DNA of 54,537 bases, the filler included, from Bipalium vagum (Eukaryota): NCBI GenBank assembly GCA_037834085.1. It is 3 parts of 3 records of this genome, joined end to end, with 100 filler letters (N's around TTAATTAATTAA, not from the genome) between each part and the next. Parts side by side here need not be neighbours in the genome. Positions count along the whole stretch, not along the records: positions 1 to 15,573 come from JBBMKC010158983.1; positions 15,674 to 35,986 come from JBBMKC010255542.1; 1 more part is not named here. The stretch is one strand, 5' to 3'. The notes beneath the pieces were generated by a model, which had not been told where the DNA came from, did not search any database, and worked only from the letters and a program-made list of their open reading frames with translations. Positions 11,057-22,547 of this stretch are shown one piece after another. The position numbers and the translations under genes are program-made. Each line of letters begins with the position of its first letter. Position 1 is the stretch's first letter.

Positions 11057-13496
11057 TTAGGTGTAGCAGTTAATTCTGCGCATTTTTAAAATTGTAAATA
11101 TTTATTCTTATGTGTCTATTTAATGATTTTTATCATTTTAGTAATTGTTTTAATCAAGCTTTCTAAAGTAAAATTTAAATTGCCAAAACATTTTCAAATT
11201 ATAAAATATTTAATAATTTAAATGTCACTATATGAGCCAACGAAAGAACATTTGAGGCATTCCATGTTGTTTTTATTTTTAAAAAACCGCTGCAAAAAGC
11301 TGTATTGTACTTCGAGAAACTTATGATGATTATGAACCATCAGCAGACACTTGTGAACGCTGGTTTAAGCGGTTCAGAACAGGGGATTATGATCTCAAAG
11401 GTAGTAACACCCAGGTCAACCAAAAAAAATTAAAGATACAAAATTAGAAGACCTATTATCCCAGGATAATACTCAAATCCAAAAAAAACTTGCTACCAAA
11501 CTTGATGTGTGTCAACAACCCATTTCCAATCGACTACACGGTATGTGAAAAATTCAAATGGAGGCCTCATGAATTGAATGAAAGGAATATGGAAAAACGG
11601 AAAGCAACCCATGAAATTTTAATGGAAAGATACAGAAGAAAGTATTTTCTGCATCGTATTGTTAAAAGTGATGAAAATGGATTTATTTTGATAATTCAAA
11701 ACGCAAGAAATCATGTGTTGATCCAGGCCAACAAACAACTTCGACTGCCAAGCAAAATATTCATTTGAAGAAGGCTTTGTTGTTTATCTGGTGGAACCAG
11801 AAAGGTGTTGTCTTCTATAAGTTATTATACAAAGGTAAAACGTTCAGCGTTATAACAACAATTGATTCAAATTAACATGATAGAAACGACAAGAGACGTG
11901 GAAAAGTTATTCTGTTACATGACAATGCTCGACCTCTTGTAGCAAATTCAGTCAATGATAAGTGTAAAGAACTTGGAAGGAAAGTCTTATCTCATCTGCC
12001 ATATTCGCCAGGCATAGCGCCATCTGATTTCTATTTATTCAGAGAGACGGCACATGAAATAATATTTTGACTTGATGAATGGATTTTGTCTAAAGGCGAA
12101 AATTTATTTTACAATGGCATTCACAATTTACCAGAAATTTAACAACTGTTATATGTATAATAGTATACAGGGTGCGTCAGCTATTTGAGGACAAAAATTG
12201 ATATTAAACGATTGTAATATTTTTAATGAAAAGAATCTATATTTTAAGCAATATTAGACACTTTATTTATTTTAATTACACAAGTTTTATTAATTCAATT
12301 TAATCGCCTTCAGTGTCACCTACAGCTTCAAGATGGCTCCTGAAAAGCTTACAAGCCGCGATCAAATGGCTTTGTTCATATTTATCATAGCAGAACTTAT
12401 AAAAGCCTGTAATGAATCTTTAGTATTATAAGGATGTTTGTACGTCTCCTTCTCTACGACGCCCCATACGATATAGTCCAAAGGATTTAAATTGGGTGAA
12501 CTAGGTGGCCATAAGTAGCATCGTTAAAATTTAGCGATAGCCTTTTTTGTGTTTTTAATGCTGTATGGCAGGGAGCTGAGTCTTGTTGGGACACATAAGG
12601 CCTTTCGTGGGCAACTTTTTCAATCCAGCGCTTCACATATGTATCCAGACACTCGATATAAAGAGATGCATTAATTCTAAGTCCCTGTGTAAAGAAATAC
12701 GGAGAAATAACATGACCTTCATTGCTCACAATACCAAATATCATTAAAGATGATGAAAACTTTGTGTGCATAACATTAGGGACTGCAGAGCACTGGAGCA
12801 CGGCAATCGATCGTTCCTCCTATTAACCTTTTGATCTTGAGTAAAAGGTTTTTCATCAGAAAAGAACCATAGGATGTTTGGATTATCAGGATGCTTGGTT
12901 TTTTTTGAAAAACACTTCAAGCACATTAAACGATTTTCTTTGCTTTGTGCCGATACAAAATGTCTTCTTCTCATGACGCAGGACTTGCATTTTAAATCAT
13001 TATGTACCGTTTGTCTTACTGTTGACTCAGAAACCGATAGTCAATGGGCAATTTCTCTCATTGATGTTCCGGGACTTTCGTGAAAAACATCTTGGACTTT
13101 TTGAACAAAATTAACATTTCTGACAATGTCTGAACTTGAGGAATGTGTTTTTCTTTTAGATATAGAGGAAACATTTCGATAAGATGCAGATAAGGAGAAG
13201 AAATTTGGAATTTTCTAAGTCACTGTGTTCGGTGGCTAATGCAAAAATAGGTGCATGTCTTTTCATTTCTTGTGTTAATTCAAAACTTATCTCTTCCACT
13301 TCTAAATTAAAAAATAATTATTTATTGTTGTATCAATAAATATTGCAAATCAATTTTAGAGCCACTAAAAAAATTATGATATTTTAACAATTTTTGTCCT
13401 CAAATAGCTGACGCACCCTGTAATTATGTGTTGTATCTTTAAAATAAATACATTGTGTTATTTTTTTAAATCTCCAGAATTAACTGCTATGTGTAA
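11057..13496 (+). mobile_element. Degenerate mariner with TIRs, interrupted by a nested maT element
   Basis: TA|TTAGGTGTAGCAGTTAATTCTG (11057) and CAGAATTAACTGCTATGTGTAA|TA (to 13496). Transposase remnant ~11222-12140: MSLYEPTKEHLRH, CERWFKRF, WRPHEL, HRIVKSDE, LLHDNARP, HLPYSPGIAPSDFYLFR. Confidence 0.88.
12168..13420 (-). mobile_element. maT/DD37D-type Tc1-mariner element, full length, 33-bp perfect TIRs, TA TSD
   Basis: TA|CAGGGTGCGTCAGCTATTTGAGGACAAAAATTG (12168-12200) and its exact reverse complement at 13388-13420|TA. Frameshifted transposase with FFSDEKPFTQDQKVNRRNDR, QQDSAPCH and PPSSPNLNPLDY. Confidence 0.93.
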
Positions 13497-15046
13497 TACA
13501 TATAAGATAAAGTTGGCTAAGTTCGTATAAAATTGATTTTTAATTTCAAGATTTTAAATATTATTTGGCGATATATTTAGTACCAAAGCTTTCTGACCCT
13601 ATTTATATGAATAATTTTATTTGTTACAATTAAATTGTGAATATTATTCCATGTAATCTCAGTAAATTTGATAAAAATTGTTTACGGTAAATGAGAAGGA
13701 TGTCCAATGAGAACGCAAATTCTTAATCTCAATGCAAAAACGGTAATTATTTAATAATTTCAATGTAATTTTTTCTTATAATATATTAAGCTGGTGTTAT
13801 GCTTGCAACGTTTTTCTCATTCCAAAAGAAAACCAAGTTGTGTTTAAAAGTTACATTAAAAAATGAAAAATCTTACAATTTATGCAATATAAGTCTTTGA
13901 GGTGACGAAAATCTTTGAAAGTCTATCACAATTTCTGTTTCAGGAAAGTATCATAAGTTTGGTGAATTAAAACCTTAGAAAAACGTTTACCATGCTGAAA
14001 TAAAAGTTTCTATTGAAGGGAGAACCTGATAATCAGTTAGGAAATTGCCTCAAGATTTTTTTGTCCATCTTAAAAAACAACAATATATAGTTAAGTTTTT
14101 CTGCTATAAAGAACAAGAATCAAGTGACTCAAAGAAACTATCGGATATTAAAGTGAGAGATTTGAAAAAAACTTATGAGAATAAGTTACTACATAGTTCT
14201 AAAAATAGATCTCATTCCGAGAGGTTAAACCAGTTAGACATGAACCTGTTTCGTTGATCGAAGAAGTCCCCAGTACTTTCCATGAGACAAATTCCCAGAC
14301 AACTCTGTAATAAATCTAGGGATTTCAGATCACCAAGAGACGAAGAGCTTTGATAGAAAGATCATTTATGAATGCTTGAATGTTTATGAATGAATGTTTT
14401 CAAGATAAACCAGTGTTGTGAAATTATTTGGAAATATCTTTTTAATTGAGGAATAGAAAGGTAATGAACGTAGGATGGTATGTCCAGAATTGTGGATATT
14501 GCAACGGTGTAAAGCCGTAAAAACGATTCATTAATGTAGTTCATAGTGCTAGATGAAGAGAAATAAGTGGATCTAGTTAGAGATGACGGCAAAGAGAATG
14601 AGTGAGTCCGAGAATTTTAAATTGACGTAGAGATATTAGTGAGGAAAGAGCTTCAGAATAAAAACACGGTTTCCAGTACGAGAGCACTTACCGAATCACA
14701 AAATTTATGTTCACATCAAACTGAAGTGACGAAAAAAAGAAATGAATGGCTAAAATGGCAGCAATCTTCAGTGAAACCGGAATTAGAGATAATAATGCAA
14801 TTGTTTAAATAAATACTTTTAAAAACTATAACACATATTGTTAATGGACATGAAAGATAACCTAACTATTATTATAAATTTTTCTTTTATTACATAAATT
14901 AATTGTACTTCACCAGATAATAAAATGTACTAAATTTAATTAATTAATTAATTAAAACTAAATTAATAAGAGATAACTTTTGAAAATGTTTGTTTTAATT
15001 TTAAGTCCTGCATTATTCATACATTTATAAAATAAATATACCTTAC

Positions 15047-15393
15047 CATAATCCCAACTTCATAATTGTGACCGTTTAGTCTCTGTAATACTTGTTTTTT
15101 TCTTTTTCCTTTATGAGAAAAATTAACCGACCGTTGTTTACGAAGGTTAATTTTTTCTTTTCCCATTTTATGATATCCCAAAAAATTCTTGGTAAATTCA
15201 ATGCCCATTTCAACATTGTCCAGACAGTTTGTATAGTAATATGTAAAGTTTTGTGAGTTTGACACTATATTCCTCTCAGGCATATCTTTGCCGCAAGTAC
15301 AATGCCTCATTTTGTTTTGGGAACACCTTCGGGATATTTCGAACAGTAAGGCTGCGCTGCTAAAAGCATGGACCACAGCCTGTTCCTGTGTAC
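15047..15393 (-). CDS. wnt: Wnt ligand, internal exon
   Basis: caactag|GT...ATG|gtaagg, 347 bp: (G)TQEQAVVHAFSSAALLFEISRRCSQNKMRHCTCG...CLDNVEMG...LNGHNYEVGIM. Aligns by eye to the Wnt GTRE.AFV.A..SA, C.C, C.DN..FG and HN..AG motifs. Phase 1 start, phase 0 end. Confidence 0.93.
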
Positions 15394-15500
15394 CTAGTTG
15401 AAAATGAATAAATAAATAAAGTAATAATCATAATTTATTATTAATAATAATAATATTATTATTATTAACATTATTATTATGATTATTTCATTACTATTTC

Positions 15501-15502
<2 letters not shown>

Positions 15503-15573
<71 letters not shown>
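15503..15573. repeat. (TTA)n microsatellite at contig end
   Basis: Pure run leading into the N linker. Confidence 0.95.
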
Positions 15574-15673
15574 NNNNNNNNNNNNNNNNNNNNNNNNNNN
15601 NNNNNNNNNNNNNNNNNTTAATTAATTAANNNNNNNNNNNNNNNNNNNNNNNNNNNNNNNNNNNNNNNNNNNN
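15574..15673. other. Artificial contig linker (44N-TTAATTAATTAA-44N)
   Basis: Exactly 100 bp, with a central 12-mer giving stops in all six frames; identical to 35987-36086. Confidence 0.95.
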
Positions 15674-16315
15674 AATATAATAAAAAATTATTTTGTTTTA
15701 TTTTAGGTTTTACAGGCCTCTTTTAAATCAACAGAACTCAATTAAATCTCAACAATATTTGTAGACAATATTTGTTATCTTAAAGTGCACTTGATTTTTA
15801 ATTTTATTCTCGGCTCGATAATAAAGGCAATTATAATAAAATTAATTAAAATGTTTATTTTACCTATTTGGCAATAATTAACTTGATTGATTTCACATTT
15901 AAATGGTTGATTCAATGTTATTTTTTTGGTAATACCAAAATTATTATTTTAATAAATTTGATAATAAGATTAGAGCTGTATTTATTATGGTGAGGCAACT
16001 GTTTTAAAAATGTTTTAACTTATTTTTTTGTTTTAATATTACTTATTTCTCTGAAATAATACGAAAAATGAAAAAAATCGTTTTGGTAATAAATAATTTT
16101 GTATTTCGTAATTTTCTGGAATTCTCTTAATTATAATTTATAAGCAAGATTTTTAGTTGCAAAAGTTTTAGTGTAAAAATTATTATGAAAAGCTTTTTCT
16201 TCAATTTCAGTTATTTGTTCTCTCTGTAATATGAAGATTAAATAATTTTCGGTCTTCTGTCAAATACGCTGGTAAAAATGTTATTTTATCAGGTAACATA
16301 ATTCAATAATATGTG

Positions 16316-17234
16316 GGACAAATTAAATCTGACAACCCCAGCATCATGGGGTTGTGAGATTAAATTGGTTATTTATTGAGGCTGTCAGATTTAGATGATT
16401 GTCAAAATTGTAAAAAAAGTAATAGTCAGATTATAAGGAAAATGGATCCATCATTTTTAGATAAATTAGCAGTTTTCAGCAATCTTGATTTGTTTGAATG
16501 GCTAAGAAGAAAAGAATTCATTCAATTTGAACAAATCTGTGCTGACTGCAAATTGACAATGTCTTTTAAGAAGATTAAAGTGACATCAGATGGTTTTGCA
16601 TGGAGATGCAACAACAATACCTGTAGAAAATATAAGTCCAGTCTAAGTATAAGAACGCCAATTGCACCAACTTGGGTTTTAACCATTGTTGACACTTCTT
16701 TTAAACCAGGGAGAGTATACGCCGAAATTATACTCGATAAAAGAAGTGTCACAATTTTGACTATTATAGAAAAGGTGGTTAAATTTGGATCAATAATTTA
16801 TAAAGATGAAGCCCGTTCTTACAACGTCTTGAGTCAAAAAGATTCTGGGCACAAACATTATACGGTTGTACATAAATAAAATTTTGTTGATCCAGATACT
16901 GGCGTCCATACGCAGAATGTAAAAAGCTACAATAACAAGTTAAAAAAAAATAAAAGATTGTCAAGGAATCGATGAAAACAAAAGTGAAGATTTTATTAAT
17001 GAATTTTTGTTCTTAGACTTGTTCAAAGAAAATTCATTTAATGAAATATTGTTATTGTTAAAATTTAATAAATCTCTGGTTTAATTATTTTTTAAAATTT
17101 TTTTATGAAATATTAATATTTCAGTGTTGTGTTAATTTGTCCAAAAATTTGGGGTTGTGAAATTAAATTGGTTATTTATCGGGGCTGTCAGATTTAGCTG
17201 GTTGTGTGACGTGGTTGTCAGATTTAATTCGTCC
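16316..17234 (+). mobile_element. Merlin (IS1016/ISXO2-like) DNA transposon, internally deleted, copy 1
   Basis: TIRs GGACAAATTAAATCTGACAACC / GGTTGTCAGATTTAATTCGTCC. Near-TSD AATATGTG vs AATATATGTG. ORF from ATG 16442 with CxxC...WRC....C zinc ribbon, IIYKDE, HYTVVHK* (premature stop), then NFVDPDTGVHTQNV. Confidence 0.9.
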
Positions 17235-17699
17235 AATATATGTGATAATGTTTCATTCTTTAATTTGTATTATTCCGATTTTCAAATGAGAGATCTTTAC
17301 AAGGAATATTCGAAATATTTAGTTGATTCAAATATTTAGAAATAGCCTATTTTTAGCAAATACGGGTTGTCAATTAATTAATTTTACAACTTTATGAGTG
17401 CATAGCAAAAGAAACTCTCAGTGTAACTTGTTATTTTTTATATCACAACAAAGGCATACAACATTTGTTTATTTTCAAAATCTTCACTTTTGCTAGCTTG
17501 CAAGTCAGATTGGATGAATTAAAATTATATTTCAATTCAATGATTTTCATTCCCTCTTCAATGTTCAGTTTATCACTGCACGATAATCGATGTAAATCTA
17601 AAATATTAGGTTGTAGCATAAGTTTGTCAGCACTTACAGAAAAATTAAATTTATAACAAAAATTTATTAAACAACACAAAAACGCTGGAATTTAATTTT

Positions 17700-18195
17700 C
17701 AGATTAAATTTCGTCATTCCTTACAAGGTTCCCCGATCTGCTAGAATCCGAATCTGACTGAAATACAATTCCATAGGTTTTGATTGAAAGAAATCATTTC
17801 ATGCTTCTTCAACTTCATCCAGTGAATAAAATCGCTTATTTCACAGTTTCGAAATGTTTGTACCAACAATATACAGTTGAAAGTCCTTCACCTTCAACAT
17901 CACATATGCTTTTTGCCGTTTCCCTAGTAGAAAGTCCGTTCTTCTAACAATAGTACTTAAGAATTTTTAAGAAGAATTCGCAATTCATTTCTATTTAAAG
18001 TCATCTAAAATAGTTTATTTTGTTATATTATTTTAATAAACGGTTTACTTATATCTTATTGATTTTAAAAAATTGTGTTAATCAATATAAATTAAGAATA
18101 TGTAAACAAGCAGTGATCAAATATTATTGATAAGATTTAATATTACTAATATTCTAATATTTCGAAAGTGCTGCAGAACTTATTTACCAACCTAA
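17700..18195 (-). mobile_element. Internally deleted mariner
   Basis: TIR TTAGGTTGGTAAATAAGTTCTGCAG at the 18195 end. N-terminal HTH (ETAKSICDVEGEG..TVYCWYKHF) joined directly to C-terminal KRFYSLDEVEEA..DFFQSKPMELY. Confidence 0.75.
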
Positions 18196-19539
18196 AGAAG
18201 TAATTTACATATCAACCCATACGTGCCAATATTTAACCTAAACAAAACTAAAAAATCAAAGATTTAATATATTTTAAACTTGTAATCATATAGAATATAG
18301 CAGCTTTTGAAATGGAATTAAACATATTTATATGTCGTACATTCTGAAGTTGTTTGATCAATCCTCTTCATGTAATACTTTTTTGTTTCAGATTTATGAT
18401 AAAGTATGAATTTAAATAACATGATAATAAGAAAGTTTTTTAAATTGTTTTATTTAAATAAATTAATGCATTTAAACAATTAACTATGAAATATTATGTA
18501 AAAAATAAAACTTCAATTAAAATAAATAAATTTCAATTCAGACAAAATAAGCTAATAATTTAAAAAAGCCCATTATTGTTACAACATAATAAAATAAAAT
18601 TTAGATCAATAACTATGGAGATCTTTGGCAATGGTCAATATTTATTTTACAAATCATCATAGAGATTTTATCATTTTAGCACATATTCTATAAGATCATT
18701 ATGTGATCTAATTATAAAACCCAAACTTTGAAAATCATATTCTTGAACATTCAATGTGTTTTAAATTGAAATATTTAACCGGTTACCCCAAATCTCTTCA
18801 CATTTCGATTATATTACTATTTAATTCTTATAATTTTTACTTTCTTCCTCAAATATTTCTCATATCAAATTGAGAATTATGTTATCTGTGATATAATAAA
18901 TTAATCTTATATCTGTGATGAGATTTTATTCAAATCAATTATCACATTTCAATGTCTTTTATATCTCATGTTTTTTCATAGGAATATATATTTCTTCTTT
19001 TCTAGGATATTTTATTTTTTATCTTGAATATTCTAATTTTTCTTATTTCAAAAATTCATTAGAAAAATTCGATTATTTATTTCGCTTATTGAATCCTTTT
19101 ATTTCATATAAAAGGATTCCCAACTTCGAAAAATGATTATTCTTCCAATATTTCAAACTGGCTTCCAATAGCATAAATATATTTTCAGGCTCTGAATAAA
19201 TTATTTATTTTGACTTTTTTGACGAAATACTCTCGGAAACCAAGGAGTCTTTATATTGAGAGTTAAAATACTTATTATTCATCAATATTTATCAACATAA
19301 ATTACTAAACCATTTCAATTAAAACAAAATGTTTTCACTCTCATTTTCATACTTAAAAAATAAATAATCAATTTTATTTTTCTTTATATTTCCAGAAATG
19401 CTTTGTACTAATAATCAATGTTACTATATTTGATGCTATTTCCTTGGATATATGATAATATTCTTTTTTTATCATTAATAATCTTATTCAAATATAAACA
19501 GAAACAGATTAAAATAATATTTAGAATCATTAAACCTAC

Positions 19540-19620
19540 AATCAATTCTGTGCCTTAAGCTCGAATCGCCGTCTATGGATTCCAGAAAGCACAATTCTTG
19601 AGCCCTTTTAGAATTACGGT
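19540..19620 (-). CDS. Candidate Wnt N-terminal exon
   Basis: Strong poly-T acceptor ttttttttag|AC and donor T|gtaggt, 81 bp, GC-richer than flanks. Only the phase-1 frame is open: RNSKRAQELCFLESIDGDSSLRHRID. Position and the single Cys fit the Wnt N-terminus, but it lies across an artificial linker from the other exons. Confidence 0.5.
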
Positions 19621-20589
19621 CTAAAAAAAATATATTGAATAAATAAAAATAATATATTATCTTTTGATATTTTTAAATATTTTGACTAATTTAAAAATTA
19701 TGAAAATAAGAATTGTTTAAATAAGCGCAATTATTTAAATATGAATATATTTTTCGTTTGGGATTTTATGAAAAGGTTTATGTGAAATAGTTTCTCCTTT
19801 CTTCAATAATAATAATAATAATAATTTTACAATTGTGAATTCAGAAAAAATAAAATAAAATTAGATAGCCCAGCAGATTTCGTCATAAAACCGAAATACC
19901 AAGCGCTATCGATTTAACAGATAAATGTCAAATTTATGTAGGAAATATCATGCTGAATTTGATTTATAACAAAATAATTTTTCCCGCCTTTAATACATAA
20001 TAAACTTTAAAATAAAATAAACTTAAGTTTTACTGTGAAATAATGGTAATTAAAACAAGAATTTAAAATACTTATTTAATGGAAATTAATTTTTTTAAAT
20101 ATTTGAGAAATTATTTCCGTTAGAAATTGTCGTAAAATTGAAATAATTCGCTTTATTTTTCATTGCAAATTTTCAGTTTAAAAAAATTAAAGAATAAAAA
20201 TATTTATGGCAGAATTAATTAAATATTTTTATAATAAAATTTAATTTTCATTAATGAGCATAATTAAAATCAAATTGATTGGTTGAAAAATTCGGGGTTT
20301 TAGTTATAATTTTTTTCATTTTAATATTTAATGACTTTATTAATAAAGAAAACTTGATTAAATAATAAATTTTAAAATAAAATGTCCAAATAAGCATGAT
20401 TTGTCGTATTGGAAAGGTACTACTTTTTACTAACAATTTAAATTAAAAATGGTAAAATAAAGAAAAGATTTTATTTATTTAAAATATGTTTCAACACTCT
20501 CAAAAACAAATCCACATTTACATTATAAAATCGTAAGGTTTTACTGTTGAAAAAATAATCGAAATCATTTTAAGCATTATGAGCTAATT

Positions 20590-21420
20590 GATATTAACAA
20601 GCATTTTCAAAGAGTTATATCTAAAAAGGTGGTTATCAGGAGATGCAAAAGTCAGGGCTGCATAGTGGCCTTCTTAATTTTTCCCTGTTTCCTCTTGGCA
20701 ACATGCAAAGTCCTTTCTTTTCATTCTAATGTGATTTTTTGTCGGGATGGTAGCATTAGTATTGCGAGGTGACAGTTTAATCAACTTAGAGCATTCTATA
20801 ATAGATAACACTAGACATTCTTAAAGAAACCTGAAAACGGTTTTTTTTCTCTAAAGCTGTTGATACTGAGACTTCAGTGAAAGAAAGTAATTGTTTATTA
20901 CCTTTATGATAGTCGTATGGTATTAATTTTTTATCCACAATAAAAATTTAATCCAAAAAAAGCGTTCTGATGACTGGAAAGCATTGATGTGCAGATTGCT
21001 ACTCACACAGCTTTTTGGAAATCTCAATTAATAAGGAATCCAATTTCCGGCTTTGCTAGTCTTACCAATTGCCTTTAAAGAACGGGATATTGTTACTGAT
21101 TCCGAGCCGATTTGGTTTCCATTTCAATCAGTATTTGATGTGGATTTTTCTAAATTAATTTTCACAGCAATTTCTCATTGACACCAGAAAGTCAGTCATC
21201 AAAATCCAAATTTCTCTCTGTAAATCTGGAAAACCAACGCTAAGATGTTCTGACGTCTAACGCTTAAGAATATCCAGCAATTAAATTTTTAGTTGCTTAT
21301 AGTCTTTTTTTCTTTACGAAGTTCATAAAGAATGCAATTCCGAATATAGTCTCTAGTATGATGATTATTAACCATCTTGTCACCCTTTGATAATTTCTAA
21401 TCATTCGCATAATTAAATAA
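20590..21420 (-). mobile_element. Decayed mariner
   Basis: Minus fragments RWFSRFTE, ISRSLKAIGKTSKAGNWIPY*L, VAICTSMLS, and SPDF/ASPDNHLFR. Confidence 0.7.
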
Positions 21421-22114
21421 ACAATATGAACAATTAAAACAACCTGAATTGGTTACATTGGTTTTAATACATGGTTAAATTTTTCTTTATTTATATACGT
21501 TATTGAAAAAAAACATGAAACTCTTTAATACCTGGAGTTGAATATAAAGGTGATGATAGCATCTCTTAAAGAGTACTTTCATTTTATATGAGTACCACAT
21601 AGTTATGATTATTCGAAACGTTAAGGCTCTAGTGTTTCTATTTCGTGCTTTATAGAAGTTCTAATGAAAATAGATAATGTGGTATTTTATAAAGATTTAA
21701 TTGTACACAGACTATAGACCAGCTTTTTTAGGATGGGAAAATGCAGCCAAAAGATTTTACATGATTAAAACTTCCATTCAAAGATTTTTTAGTATCTAGA
21801 ATCTGGTATTCGTAATTTGGAAAAAATGAAAATTCAATGTGGTTCAACTTAAGCACGCGTGTGTTCGAAATAATCTGAAGATGTGTTTAAAATAGATAAA
21901 TTCATTAATATACCCAAGTCAACTGTACAACGAAAACATTTACGTAAACGTAAAATTTTTACATATATTGTGTCTTGGTCAGTGATAGATGACTAAAAAG
22001 TAATCAGAGTGCTCCATAGTTTTGACGCAATGAACAGTCATATCATACACACAACAATTTATTTTATTATGTATGGGTCACCTTGTAGATGGAATTTGAG
22101 TCTGTTTAGTTGAT

Positions 22115-22164
22115 GTCTATTGACGATCAAAAGATTCCAGGTTCGATTCCTGGTGTGGTCGCCA
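22115..22164 (+). pseudogene. tRNA-Arg-like 3' half ending in genomic CCA
   Basis: GATCAAAAGATTCCAGGTTCGATTCCTGGTGTGGTCGCCA: perfect T-arm CCAGG-TTCGATT-CCTGG (22137-22153, B box). Variable loop and 3' acceptor strand resemble eukaryotic tRNA-Arg(NCG). No recognisable D-arm or 5' acceptor strand. Confidence 0.65.
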
Positions 22165-22419
22165 TGTTAGTTGCGATATCAACAAAGTCAGTCATTTTGA
22201 AAAATATATTTTTAAATGCTTTTTAAAACAATAATACTTAAACAAATTTTCCATTTTTAATAAATTAATATATTGTGCCATTAAAAATTAAAATAAAAAT
22301 TATTTTAAAATAAATATTAAAATTAAATAAAAATTAAAATTAAATTTACAATTAATTAAAAATTATAAATTATGCACAATATAAAAATTTAAAAATTAGA
22401 AATCAGTTTAAATACTCAC

Positions 22420-22547
22420 AACGATAATGATAATAAATTTGATGCTTTAAATTTAAAGAAGAGATAAAGAATTAATCTCGATTTTTCCATGGCATACAGT
22501 GCCTTTATTTTCATGAAAAAATGTGACATTATATAATATTTTTTCAT
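22420..22547 (-). CDS. Possible first coding exon of the Wnt (weak signal-peptide-like)
   Basis: ATG-initiated MKKYYIMSHFFMKIKALYAMEKSRLILYLFFKFKASNLLSLS(L) ending at a consensus donor TT|gtgagt. It ends in phase 2 and cannot splice in frame directly to 19620 (phase 1), so an intervening exon is needed or the call is wrong. Confidence 0.3.

Noticed and set aside
14040-14800. Purine-rich coding-like stretch
   Set aside because: No recognisable motif or splice structure; probably an old retroelement, cannot be supported.
15618-15629. TTAATTAATTAA palindrome repeated at 36031-36042
   Set aside because: Centred in identical 44N flanks; an artificial six-frame stop linker, not biology.
15864-15950. 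Possible missing Wnt exon ending ...NYCQIG|gtaaaa in the right phase
   Set aside because: In-frame stop at 15949-15951, no good acceptor, and no QF..RWNC motif.
17443-17679. 78-aa ORF in the Wnt intron
   Set aside because: No Wnt or other domain motifs, and it depends on a non-ATG start.
17755-17795. Minus-strand FNQNLWNC resembling the missing Wnt WNC motif
   Set aside because: An alternative frame of a mariner C-terminus (FFQSKPMELY), followed shortly by a stop.
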